DNA of 64,000 bases from Mobula hypostoma (Eukaryota): the NCBI RefSeq assembly GCF_963921235.1, contig NC_086097.1, forward strand, positions 92,940,001 through 93,004,000, given 5' to 3'. Shown here in pieces: positions 63,745-64,000 of this stretch. The first letter of the stretch is position 1. Each line of letters begins with the position of its first letter. The notes beneath the pieces were generated by a model. That model searched no databases. It was not told the DNA's origin and saw only the letters and a program-made list of their open reading frames with translations. A program made the translations under genes and the position numbers.

Positions 63745-64000
63745 CAAAAAATAGAACTAAAAAAAACAGTGAGGTAGTATTTATGGGTTCAATGCCCATT
63801 CAGAAATTGGATGGCAGATGGGAAGAAGCTGTTTCTGAATCATTGACTGTGTGCCTTCAGGCTTCTGTGCCATCTTCCTGATGGCAACAATGAGAAGAGG
63901 GCATGACCTGCGTGATGGGGGTCCTCAATGGTGAAAGCCACCTTTTTGAGGTATCATTCATTGATACTATGGAGGCTAGTGCCTATGATGGAGCTGACTA
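63745..64000 (-). mobile_element. Rex1/Babar-type 3' fragment, cut by the window end
   Basis: Minus strand gacccccatcacgcaggtcatgccctcttctcattgttgccatcaggaag...ttcagaaacagcttcttccc. Confidence 0.8.

Overview
This is AT-rich eukaryotic intronic or intergenic DNA, most likely from a cartilaginous fish (ray or shark; inferred from the repeat content). It is almost entirely layered transposable-element debris, and I could not confidently identify a host protein-coding gene. Retroelements: many CR1-type and Rex1/Babar-type LINE fragments, one 5'-truncated L1 with a perfect target-site duplication (TSD), V-SINE/HE1-like tRNA SINEs, RTE-derived short elements and at least seven Neptune-type Penelope-like elements (PLEs; RT plus GIY-YIG). 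DNA transposons: two Tc1 derivatives, 80-bp hAT-like MITEs and a Chapaev3 transposase fragment. The most notable signal is catalytic RNA: three self-cleaving ribozyme classes sit on retroelements here. (1) An HDV-like ribozyme with an intact-looking core but an unusually large hairpin-containing L3 loop lies at the 5' end of an RTE-like short element (minus strand, 39972-40157). (2) A decayed twister ribozyme marks the 5' end of a second RTE-like element (minus, 23715-23760). (3) Minimal type I hammerheads occur in the PLE 3' repeats. Three PLE insertions are TSD-bounded, tail-out inverted structures with the same end asymmetry. Boundaries of old repeats are approximate, read by eye.
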